DNA from: an uncultured Chitinophaga sp.
GTDB taxonomy: Bacteria; Bacteroidota; Bacteroidia; Chitinophagales; Chitinophagaceae
DNA: 64,000 nucleotides
NCBI GenBank assembly: GCA_964444975.1
Contig: CAYUJD010000008.1
Coordinates: forward strand, 9,496 to 73,495
Reading direction: 5' to 3'
This document shows, piece by piece, positions 56,188 to 64,000 of this stretch; the stretch's first letter is position 1, and each line of letters opens with the position of its first letter. A model generated the notes under the pieces. It ran no database searches, had not been told where the DNA came from, and saw only the letters and a program-made list of their open reading frames with translations. Both the position numbers and the translations under genes were made by a program.

Positions 56188-56499
56188 AAAAATATATGCA
56201 GGAAACGGGTTATTTTATGTGGTGTCTCAGTTTGAATTTTCAGTTTTGAAATTAAATGAAAAAATTCTTTGTTTCAGTGTCTCTGTGTGCAATTGAAATG
56301 CCACTGAAGCACAGACACACTAACCAATATTAAATGTGCTAACTAAAAAGCAGGTTATTAAGTCTATTAAACCACTAACTGATAATAATTTGGCAAGAGA
56401 AGCCATTGAAATACCCGTAGTGGAATTCAGCATTCAAAGTCGGAAAAATTGTTGACATAAAAAAAGGAAATCAATTAGCAACAAATAAGAAACCACTTC

Positions 56500-57243
56500 A
56501 TGAACCGCACCTACTGGGAAAAAATAGCGCCGGATTACAACCAGGAAATTTTTGATGTGCTGAAAAACGACCACAAGGGTATCATTGTATCGGCTATCCG
56601 CCAAATTGCATCAAAAGAAAAAACCATTGCCGATATTGGTTGTGCCATCGGCAAATGGCTGCCTTTGCTCTCTCCTCTTTTCAAAAAAGTTTATGCTGTT
56701 GATATTTCCGCCGAAAATCTCAAAATTGCTGCGGGTCTTTATCCCAAACTTAAAAATGTGGCGTATTGCCGAACCGATATGTCGGACCCCCGGGCAAAAA
56801 TCACCGCCTGCGATGCCGCCATCTGCATCAATGCCATCCTCACCGACTCGTTAAAAAACAGGAATGCATTTTTCAGAAATCTTCAGAAATGTGTGAAGAA
56901 AGACGGACAACTTATTCTTGTTATTCCATCACTGGAGTCCTCGCTGTTTACTTCCATCATTCGCCAGCGATGGAATCCTGATAAGGATGCCCACGCCGTT
57001 GTGAATAAAAGCAAGCAGGGTGATCAGCTAAGAAACCTGCTGCATGGCAATGTAGAAATAGATAACGTGCCGACCAAGCACTACCTGAAAGAAGAGCTTC
57101 AGCTGCTGCTGCATAACGAAGGATTTGAAGTGCTCCGGTTTGAAAAAATAGAATATAAATGGACAACCGAGTTTCTCAAACCACCCCGGTGGTTGAAAGA
57201 ACCTAAGCCATGGGACTGGATGGTGCTGGCAGTGAATAAGTGA
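56500..57243 (+). CDS. class I SAM-dependent methyltransferase
   Basis: 247 aa with motif I IADIGCAIGKW and post-I VYAVDIS. Confidence 0.8.
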   Translation: MNRTYWEKIAPDYNQEIFDVLKNDHKGIIVSAIRQIASKEKTIADIGCAIGKWLPLLSPLFKKVYAVDISAENLKIAAGLYPKLKNVAYCRTDMSDPRAKITACDAAICINAILTDSLKNRNAFFRNLQKCVKKDGQLILVIPSLESSLFTSIIRQRWNPDKDAHAVVNKSKQGDQLRNLLHGNVEIDNVPTKHYLKEELQLLLHNEGFEVLRFEKIEYKWTTEFLKPPRWLKEPKPWDWMVLAVNK

Positions 57244-57274
57244 ATCAATGTCCGAAGGCTGATATCTGGTATCT

Positions 57275-57347
57275 GATGTCGGATGTCAGATAAATGAATT
57301 CTATATTTATCTTGTCAGTCTTTAATATTTTCTGACTTCTGACTTCC
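57275..57347. repeat. composite short-period spacer, inverted counterpart of 22473-22594
   Basis: GATGTCGGATGTCAGA (reverse complement of the CATCCGA word), an AT-rich core, then TCTGACTTCTGACTTCC (reverse complement of the GAAGTCAG word). Confidence 0.75.
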
Positions 57348-57425
57348 AACTTTCCCCACCTGTGGAAAATTTTCGATGCGTACCTTCGTTATTAAGGGTG
57401 ACATTTACGAAACCCAATACTGCCA

Positions 57426-58292
57426 ATGGAAACCACCAGAGAACTTTCAGCCCTCTTTACGCTGATTGATGATCCCGATGAAGAGGTGTTTGGAGCCGTA
57501 TCAGAAAAAATTATAGACTACGGCAAAAACATTATCCCCAGCCTCGAGCATTTATGGGAAACCATCCCCGACCAGCATGTGCAGCACCGCATCGAGCTGC
57601 TGATTCACAGGCTTCATTACCGTGACCTTTGCGAAGATTTCAGGCAATGGAATATTGCCGGCCATCACGACCTGATGCTGGGTGCCCTGCTTGCCTGTAA
57701 ATTTCACTATCCCGACCTTGCCAGCACTGCGGTGTTGCAGGAAGTGGAAAAAATCCGCCGCAACATCTGGCTGGAGTTGAATAATTACCTGACGCCACTT
57801 GAGCAGGTGAATATTATCACCAGCATACTGTACAGCTACTACGGGCTGAAAGGCGGTGAAATAAATTTGCAGGAGTCAAATGAGTTTTTGCTGCACAAAG
57901 TACTGGAAGCAAAACGCGGCAACCAGCTTAGCAACGGAATTCTTTACCTGGTGCTTGGCGAGCTGCTCGATATCCCGGTAAAAGCCATTAACATTCCGCG
58001 GCAATTTGTGCTGGCTTATTTCAAACCCGGCTACAGCGATGAAAACCTGCAGAACCCGCAGGATAAGATTGAATTTTTTATTGATCCTACCAACGGCCAG
58101 GTTTTTACCCATAAAGATGTGAGCAGCTATTTTAAACGAATAACCACCGACCCGGTTGATGAATATTTTATGCCGCAGAACAATAAGTGGGTGATCCGCC
58201 GCCTGCTGCTGGAAACCAGCAAGTGCTTTGAAGATGAAAAGAACTTGTACAAACAAAAAGAATTGCAGGATTTGGCTAACATACTGGACTAA
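57426..58292 (+). CDS. transglutaminase-like superfamily protein (SirB1-like)
   Basis: 288 aa. GNQLSNGILYLVLGELLDIPVKAINIPRQFVLAY resembles the Transglut_core2 family. Confidence 0.65.
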   Translation: METTRELSALFTLIDDPDEEVFGAVSEKIIDYGKNIIPSLEHLWETIPDQHVQHRIELLIHRLHYRDLCEDFRQWNIAGHHDLMLGALLACKFHYPDLASTAVLQEVEKIRRNIWLELNNYLTPLEQVNIITSILYSYYGLKGGEINLQESNEFLLHKVLEAKRGNQLSNGILYLVLGELLDIPVKAINIPRQFVLAYFKPGYSDENLQNPQDKIEFFIDPTNGQVFTHKDVSSYFKRITTDPVDEYFMPQNNKWVIRRLLLETSKCFEDEKNLYKQKELQDLANILD

Positions 58293-58640
58293 TTCTTACC
58301 TGTGTCCTTCTTCACATGGAATGGTTCTGAAAAAATTGATATCCGCTGCCGTATCATACCTGGAGTAAGCCATTTTCCACAAGCCTGCAACCTGCCTGCC
58401 GGCTGCTGATGAATTTTGAAACGAACCGGGCATAAAAAAATCTTCCGGACAGATTACCCGATATTATTCCATTGCCGGATTAATCAACAGGCAGGTAGTA
58501 GCTGTTGTCAGCTTCCCCCCAAACCAATTGCCGGTTTTTCAGCGAATGCCGGGTGCCGGGCGTTTACGATGAAAACAATCATGTAATTTTATTGCAGCCC
58601 GAACCTGCCGCATAAAAAGGGGCAGCGAACCGGCTGACGC

Positions 58641-59141
58641 ATGCCTGAAACATTCTATATAACCTATTATCACTCGCCGGTCGGTATGCTTCGCATTGCC
58701 GGCACGGAAAATTATATCAGCGAAATTTCTTTTTATGACAAGGTGCAGAAAACTGAAATGAAAAAGAAAAATCTGCCACCGTTGCTGATACAATGCGTGG
58801 AGCAGCTCATCCAGTATTTTCATGGCGAAAGAAGAAAATTTGATTTGCCCATACAGCAGCCCGGTACAAAATTTCAGCAGGATGTGTGGAATGAGCTGTT
58901 GTCCATCCCTTTTGGAAAAACTATAAGCTACCAGGAGCTTGCCATACGAACCGGCGACAACAAAGCAACCCGTGCTGTGGCCAATGCCAATGGTAAAAAC
59001 AATATTGCTATTGTGGTGCCCTGCCACCGGGTTATTGGTTCGAATCGCGAACTGGTGGGATATGCTGGCGGTCTGTGGAGAAAAAAATGGCTGCTGGAAC
59101 TCGAGGCCAAGCTGGCCTATGGTGTGCAGACACTGTTTTAA
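58641..59141 (+). CDS. ogt: methylated-DNA--protein-cysteine methyltransferase
   Basis: 166 aa with active site IVVPCHRVIGSN and helix-turn-wing TISYQELA. Confidence 0.92.
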   Translation: MPETFYITYYHSPVGMLRIAGTENYISEISFYDKVQKTEMKKKNLPPLLIQCVEQLIQYFHGERRKFDLPIQQPGTKFQQDVWNELLSIPFGKTISYQELAIRTGDNKATRAVANANGKNNIAIVVPCHRVIGSNRELVGYAGGLWRKKWLLELEAKLAYGVQTLF

Positions 59142-59494
59142 GGGCAGTTTTTCCGGGCCAGCGTATCCGGTGGAAAAACATGGTAACGTAACACAAACAG
59201 TTTTTGATTGTACAGACCCACACTGTTTGCATAAATACAAGCCGTATCGGCAAAATTATTCCAGTCAATGCCGGTTGTATCTTTTACATAAATACAAAGT
59301 GTATCGGTATTAGCATAATAGGTGCATCGGTACGCACCATAATAATAAGTGAATTTTCCGGCCAGCGTTGTATCGAGCTGGTTAATTCTCTTGCAGTCTT
59401 CACTGCATCGTGCCGGATACGAAGTGGCAACATACAAAGCGGCATATAGTACAAGTACAGCCGGCAGAATAAGACTTTTGGTATTTAATTTCAT
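59138..59494 (-). CDS. small secreted Cys-rich hypothetical protein
   Basis: 118 aa with a signal/TM segment LILPAVLVLYAALYVA and six Cys residues. There is an ATGA overlap with the upstream gene, and its stop overlaps the ogt stop (TTAA). Confidence 0.55.
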   Translation of the reverse strand: MKLNTKSLILPAVLVLYAALYVATSYPARCSEDCKRINQLDTTLAGKFTYYYGAYRCTYYANTDTLCIYVKDTTGIDWNNFADTACIYANSVGLYNQKLFVLRYHVFPPDTLARKNCP

Positions 59495-59907
59495 GACGTT
59501 TTATTTAATATGGCCGCAAAAAAAACACCCGCCGTAATCGCAAATAAATCAGTAAAGCTGAATGTAAAAACAGACGGTATAAACAATTGAATCATTTCTG
59601 AAATTTCAGCAACCAGTAAAACAATAATAAACAGAAGCCGGTGTGACCCGCATTTGTAAATATGGTTTAAAATAAAAACTACCGAGGCAAATGAATAGGC
59701 CCAAAAAAAATCAGGCCCTGAATAAATGATAAACCGACCGAACGCTGAAAAATTTTCAGAAGATTGTTCCCGGCAATTATCCAAATTCAGTAATCGGGTG
59801 AACCAGGCTGCGGGACGATACAAAATGTAAATAACTGCCCCTGTTATAAGGGGAAGTAATCCATGGATGAAAAGCTTTGCAAAGAGTACTGTGCGATGCT
59901 TTTTCAT
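59491..59907 (-). CDS. small polytopic membrane protein (DUF2809/VanZ-like resemblance only)
   Basis: 138 aa with four hydrophobic segments. It shares ATGA overlaps with cdd upstream and the Cys-rich gene downstream. Confidence 0.55.
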   Translation of the reverse strand: MKKHRTVLFAKLFIHGLLPLITGAVIYILYRPAAWFTRLLNLDNCREQSSENFSAFGRFIIYSGPDFFWAYSFASVVFILNHIYKCGSHRLLFIIVLLVAEISEMIQLFIPSVFTFSFTDLFAITAGVFFAAILNKTS

Positions 59908-60389
59908 TTCATTGACTGGCCGGTAAAGGCAAGCGGCAGCAGGAGGCTGGCTTTATCAAATACAAATATTTTCCCTTCTATTCCGCCAAGAATGAGGCGA
60001 ATGGGCATTTGCACCCGGCCTTCATACTCCTGCAGCGCCTGCCTGCACATGCCGCAGGGTGCAATAGGTTGTTTACTGTCGCCATTATCGCTATGGTAGC
60101 TGATGGCCATGCTTTCAATAGCCATATCAGGATAAAGAGAAGATGCCGAAGCAAGCAATACCCTTTCGGCACAAAGCCCGACAGGGAAGGATGCATTTTC
60201 CTGGTTGGTGCCGGAAACAATTTCACCATTCACCAGCTTGGCTACCGCGCCTACATAAAAGTTGGAATACGGAGCATAGGCTTGGCGGGTTACTTCACGG
60301 GCTTCGTTTAGCAGCCAGGCATCAGCGGGGGTTAACTCACTGATGTCGTCGTAAACCCGGAATGAGATTTCAATTTTTTGCTCCTGCAT
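59904..60389 (-). CDS. cdd: cytidine deaminase
   Basis: CAERVLL (H/C-A-E) and PCGMCRQ zinc-binding motifs. ATG 60389 (MQEQKIE) is preferred over 60407. Confidence 0.88.
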   Translation of the reverse strand: MQEQKIEISFRVYDDISELTPADAWLLNEAREVTRQAYAPYSNFYVGAVAKLVNGEIVSGTNQENASFPVGLCAERVLLASASSLYPDMAIESMAISYHSDNGDSKQPIAPCGMCRQALQEYEGRVQMPIRLILGGIEGKIFVFDKASLLLPLAFTGQSMK

Positions 60390-60522
60390 ACAGAGAATAA
60401 TACACAAAGTAAAAGAATCATTGCGTAAGCCCTGAACAATTATTCGTTGCTAATTACTGCATACTGATTATCCCACCCGGTTGTCCTTTCCGTTATAAAT
60501 AAAATATTATGAATAAGCCTCT

Positions 60523-62058
60523 TTATTTTACAATACGAAACAACCGCTTCCACCGCGGGCCTTTTTCCCAGCTAAACCAGATGAGCCATGCTTTACCCAC
60601 AATTCGGTCTTCCGGCACAAAACCCCAGTAGCGGGAATCCTGTGAATCCTGCCTGTTGTCGCCCATCATCCAGTAGTAATCCATTTTAAAAGTATAAGTG
60701 GTTACTTCATTCCCGTTCAGGAAAAATTTTCCCTCCTTCGTGTAAAAATCATTTTTTTCATACACCCGGATGGCTCTTTCGTAAATGGAATAATTTTCCG
60801 CTGTCAGTTGTAGCGTAGCTCCTTTTTTCGGTATCCAGACCGGGCCGAAATTTTCCCGGGTCCATTTGTGCAGCGTATCGTACGGAAACGTTTCGCCGCC
60901 ACCGGCATTATAGCTGTAGTCAACCTGTATTTCTTTTACCAGGCCCGCAGCCTGCATTTTATCTTTGGCTTTTGCCGTAAGCAGCATACGAAACTGGTTG
61001 GGTGCATTGCCCAGACTGTAATCCCCTTTATCCGCATCCAAATTATATTCTTCTTTCATAATATCCGGATCGAGGCGCTGATTATTAATTAATGTAACCA
61101 AATAATGCATTTGCGAGCTGGGCGGCATGGGTTGCGGTTCATTATTTATATAAACAATATTATCTTTTACCGAAAGCGTATCCCCGGCCACACCCACGCA
61201 GCGCTTAATATAATTATCTGTTTTATCTACCGGGTGAACCGCAAGCGGAAATTCAGCCGGATTGTCGAGAATATAGCGGTCATCAGGAAATCCTTTGGCA
61301 GCTCTTCGTTTAATATCGTAGTAAGGGTTGGCCGATTCAAACCCATCCTTATGAATTACCGTATCGCCGGCCGGAAAATTAAAAACCGTGGCATCGCCCC
61401 GCTTTACCGGGCTGGCCCACCAGCGTATATAAGGCAGCTTAATCGCTTCCGAATAGGATTTATTTCCCAGTTTGGGAATATAATTATGAATAAAAGGTAT
61501 TGACAATGGCGTATTGGGCACTCTGGGCCCGTAGCTGAGTTTGCTCACAAAAAGAAAATCGTTTACCAGCAACGACTTTTCCATGGAGCCTGTAGGAATG
61601 GTGTAAGCTTCGAAAATAAAAAGCCGGATGAGTGTGGCAGCCACTACCGCAAAAACAGCAGCATCCACCCACTCCCGCCATCCTGCTTTTTTATGTTTGC
61701 GTGCTGCTGCTGGGCCAATGAACTTTGTAGTTTTTTGCAAGGCGATGTAGGGAAAATAAAAAGGCGCAAGCAAGCTGGCGCCGGTATGATGAGCAAAGGA
61801 AAATTTTCCAAACACTTTTGCAAACTCAATAAAGATGCCCATGCTGATAAACCACCCGCCCACAGGAATCAGCTGCCAGAAAACCCAGTGCTTTGGCCTT
61901 TTGGCAATATCCTGCATGACCCAGGTATTGTAAAATGGAACAAACGCTTTCCATCCCGGCACACCGGCTTTCATAAAAAGCTGGTACAAGCCGTAAGAAG
62001 GCAGCAACACAAGGAGGGTACCGATAAAATAAATAATGAACAGATGTTGTAATGGCAT
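60523..62058 (-). CDS. lepB: signal peptidase I (S26), long Bacteroidota form with an extra N-terminal membrane module
   Basis: 511 aa with IPTGSMEKSL (catalytic Ser), GDNRQDSQDSRYWGFVPEDRIVGKA (box D/E), and an N-terminus KAGVPGWKAFVPFYNTWV resembling DUF5684. Confidence 0.9.
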   Translation of the reverse strand: MPLQHLFIIYFIGTLLVLLPSYGLYQLFMKAGVPGWKAFVPFYNTWVMQDIAKRPKHWVFWQLIPVGGWFISMGIFIEFAKVFGKFSFAHHTGASLLAPFYFPYIALQKTTKFIGPAAARKHKKAGWREWVDAAVFAVVAATLIRLFIFEAYTIPTGSMEKSLLVNDFLFVSKLSYGPRVPNTPLSIPFIHNYIPKLGNKSYSEAIKLPYIRWWASPVKRGDATVFNFPAGDTVIHKDGFESANPYYDIKRRAAKGFPDDRYILDNPAEFPLAVHPVDKTDNYIKRCVGVAGDTLSVKDNIVYINNEPQPMPPSSQMHYLVTLINNQRLDPDIMKEEYNLDADKGDYSLGNAPNQFRMLLTAKAKDKMQAAGLVKEIQVDYSYNAGGGETFPYDTLHKWTRENFGPVWIPKKGATLQLTAENYSIYERAIRVYEKNDFYTKEGKFFLNGNEVTTYTFKMDYYWMMGDNRQDSQDSRYWGFVPEDRIVGKAWLIWFSWEKGPRWKRLFRIVK

Positions 62059-62183
62059 CAGTTATTTTTTTAATGCGGACAAAGATAATGAACCCGGCCG
62101 GTTGTGCAGGTCAGGCAATATGTGATTGGTGTTTGCAGTCAACAGTTTTAATGAAAGAAAAAGTTAAGAATAAAAAGCTATTG

Positions 62184-63344
62184 TTATTTTGGCAAAACAT
62201 AATTATTCACATCATCCGCACCAATTGATTTACCGGAAAGAATAATCAGCCGCTCCACCACATTGCGCAGCTCACGTATGTTGCCCGTCCAGTTATACTC
62301 CTGCAGCAGTTTTACCGCGGCCGCATCAATTGATTTTTTTGCCACCCCATAGTCGGCACATATATCATCCAGAAACCTGTCAACCAGCAGCGGTATGTCG
62401 TCCCTTCTTTCATTGAGAGACGGAACGTGAATAATAATTACACTCAGCCGGTGGTAGAGGTCGAGCCGGAATCGTTTTTCTTCCACTTCTTTCAGCAGGT
62501 CCATATTGGTGGCGGCAATCACCCGCACATCCACGTTAATATCTTTATCGGCGCCCACACGGGTAATCTTTCCTTCCTGCAATGCCCGCAGCACTTTGGC
62601 CTGTGCATTCAGGCTCATGTCGCCTATTTCATCCAGAAACAATGTGCCGCCCGAGGCCTGTTCAAATTTGCCGATGCGTTGTTTGATGGCAGAAGTAAAG
62701 GAACCTTTTTCGTGGCCGAACAGTTCGCTTTCGATAAGTTCACCGGGAATAGCGGCGCAGTTCACTTCCACCAGCGGGCCTGGTGACCGGTTGCTTTTCT
62801 CATGAATCCATCTTGCCACCAGTTCTTTACCCACGCCATTTTCTCCCGTAATCAGGATTCGGGCATCGGTGGGCGCCACTTTATCAATCGTTTCCTTAAT
62901 TCTTTTTATCGGCATTGATTCGCCAATCATTTCCTGTACACGGTTCACCCGCCGCTTCAGCACTTTGGTTTCAGAAACCAGGCTGCTTTTGTCCATTGCA
63001 TTGCGGATGGTAATCAGCATCCGGTTCAGGTCGGGCGGTTTTGAAATATAATCAAAGGCGCCCTTCTTTACGGCATCCACTGCCGTTTCAATATTGCCAT
63101 GACCTGAAATCATAATGACAGGCGTATCGGGATTCACCTCGCCGGCTTTCTGCAAAAATTCAATGCCGTCGAGCTTCGGCATCTTGATATCGCAAATCAC
63201 CACATCGTACGTTTTCTCCCTGAATTTTTTCAACCCGTCTTCCCCATCGGCGGCTTCGTCGGTTTTATAACCTTCGGCCGAAAGTATTTCCGTCAGGGCT
63301 TTGCGGATGGCTTTTTCATCATCAATAACCAGGATGTCAGGCAT
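62184..63344 (-). CDS. sigma-54-dependent response regulator (REC plus AAA+), lacking a C-terminal HTH domain
   Basis: 386 aa. REC region is ILVIDDE...DIKMPKLDG. Walker A is GENGVGKE, the GAFTGA-type loop is GHEKGSFTSA, and Walker B is LFLDEIGD. The protein ends 23 aa after GNIRELRN. Confidence 0.88.
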   Translation of the reverse strand: MPDILVIDDEKAIRKALTEILSAEGYKTDEAADGEDGLKKFREKTYDVVICDIKMPKLDGIEFLQKAGEVNPDTPVIMISGHGNIETAVDAVKKGAFDYISKPPDLNRMLITIRNAMDKSSLVSETKVLKRRVNRVQEMIGESMPIKRIKETIDKVAPTDARILITGENGVGKELVARWIHEKSNRSPGPLVEVNCAAIPGELIESELFGHEKGSFTSAIKQRIGKFEQASGGTLFLDEIGDMSLNAQAKVLRALQEGKITRVGADKDINVDVRVIAATNMDLLKEVEEKRFRLDLYHRLSVIIIHVPSLNERRDDIPLLVDRFLDDICADYGVAKKSIDAAAVKLLQEYNWTGNIRELRNVVERLIILSGKSIGADDVNNYVLPK

Positions 63345-63460
63345 GTGCAGAATTTTCAGGAGGCGTGAAAATAATCCAAATCAGTAATATCTTAAAAAAT
63401 CATTAACCCTGCTGTTTATGGAATCAGAACACCGGAGTATCCATTTGCAAATCCTTAAGT

Positions 63461-64000
63461 ATGCACCCGGGATTCATTTTCCCGCTTCTTTTGACCTTAT
63501 CATTTTTTGGCTGCAATAATATCCCGGAAAAATTCCCGGTTGAGGTGCTGGCTGGTGAAAAAAAAGAGATTTATAAAACTATAAATGACATTCCGCTACC
63601 CCGCGGGTATACTCACCTAAAAACCGGCGACAGCCTGTATGCTGAATGGCTGCTTGGCATAGGAATACGAAATAACAAAACGGTTTACCTGTACGATGGA
63701 AAACCAAAGCCAAACCAGGAAGTTCAGTTTGCCGTGCTGGATATGGATATTGGCAGAAAAAACCTGCTGCAGTGTGCCGATGCTGCAATACGGCTGCGGG
63801 CAGAGTATTTGTTCCGGGCAGGTTGTTTTAATAAAATTAACTTCATCGCCACTTCAGGCGACACACTATCATTTACCCAATGGCAAAGGGGCATACAATG
63901 GATAGAGCAGGCAGGAAAACTGGTGAAGTTTGATAGCCTTGAGAAACTCAGTCCACCGGAAAAATCTTTTCAGGCCTTTATGGAATTTGTTTATGCTTAT
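63461..64000 (+). CDS. lipoprotein, DUF4846-like; 3' end beyond the window
   Basis: Manual translation gives MHPGFIFPLLLTLSFFGCNN...LPRGYTHLKTGDSLYAEWLL...LLQCADAAIRLRAEYLF... and stays open to base 64000. It is not in the ORF track because no stop lies in the window. Confidence 0.6.
   Translation, partial: MHPGFIFPLLLTLSFFGCNNIPEKFPVEVLAGEKKEIYKTINDIPLPRGYTHLKTGDSLYAEWLLGIGIRNNKTVYLYDGKPKPNQEVQFAVLDMDIGRKNLLQCADAAIRLRAEYLFRAGCFNKINFIATSGDTLSFTQWQRGIQWIEQAGKLVKFDSLEKLSPPEKSFQAFMEFVYAY

Noticed and set aside
56273-56320. Interleaved stems (TTCAGTG/CACTGAA and GTGTCTCTGTGTGC/GCACAGACACAC) and a 25-aa mini-ORF (MKKFFVSVSLCAIEMPLKHRHTNQY) downstream of the GH53 gene
   Set aside because: The stems are short and imperfect, share bases, and have no adjacent T-run. 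The mini-ORF has no support beyond a signal-peptide-like start, so it may be a gene remnant.
58539-59240. 233-aa minus-strand ORF covering the ogt locus
   Set aside because: It is antisense to a gene with a clear PCHRVIG active site. The translation has no recognisable motifs and overlaps the neighbouring gene as well.
1-64000. Search by eye for tRNA, rRNA, tmRNA, riboswitches, integrases, restriction-modification, toxin-antitoxin or known defence genes
   Set aside because: None were recognised. The absence is based on manual reading only and should be confirmed with tRNAscan-SE, Infernal/Rfam and DefenseFinder/PADLOC.

Overview
This 64-kb chromosomal window looks like Bacteroidota, probably Chitinophagia or Sphingobacteriia-like. 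That assignment is an inference from a T9SS type-B sorting-domain protein, a SusA-like GH13, many Bacteroidota DUF families, a TAnnTTTG-type -7 box and frequent ATGA gene overlaps. I count about 60 protein genes and recognised no rRNA, tRNA or CRISPR array. Housekeeping anchors are dnaK, argS, lipA, topA, lepB, cdd, ogt, maf, kdsC and fdx-iscX. Four functional blocks stand out. (1) An alpha-glucan/glycogen supercluster: malQ fragment at the left edge, then glgB, GH13 amylase, MFS, glgC and glgA, divergent from a sugar MFS and a ROK glucokinase. (2) An AT-rich-looking patch at 2.2-5.5 kb with a secreted papain-family peptidase followed directly by a chagasin-type (I42) inhibitor lipoprotein. 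(3) A 31-37.5 kb island of small stress/detox paralogues (DoxX, VOC/PhnB, DUF1801, SRPBCC, GlxA regulator, RibD_C) containing three decayed copies. (4) A lectin-PKD T9SS cargo protein translationally coupled to a phosphodiester glycosidase. The most unusual signals are non-coding. A RAYT/IS200-like Y1 transposase sits between two 54-nt REP-like hairpins inside the glycogen cluster. A 149-bp repeat with terminal inverted repeats occurs three times, with one compensatory stem change. An array of CC-GTA-GG-core palindromes lies next to the third repeat copy. Many intergenic spacers are built from a small vocabulary of 7-9-nt periodic words arranged as interleaved inverted repeats. No recognisable defence or toxin system was found. 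All family assignments come from motif recognition by eye and need HMM or BLAST confirmation. Hand-derived coordinates may be off by 1-2 nt.
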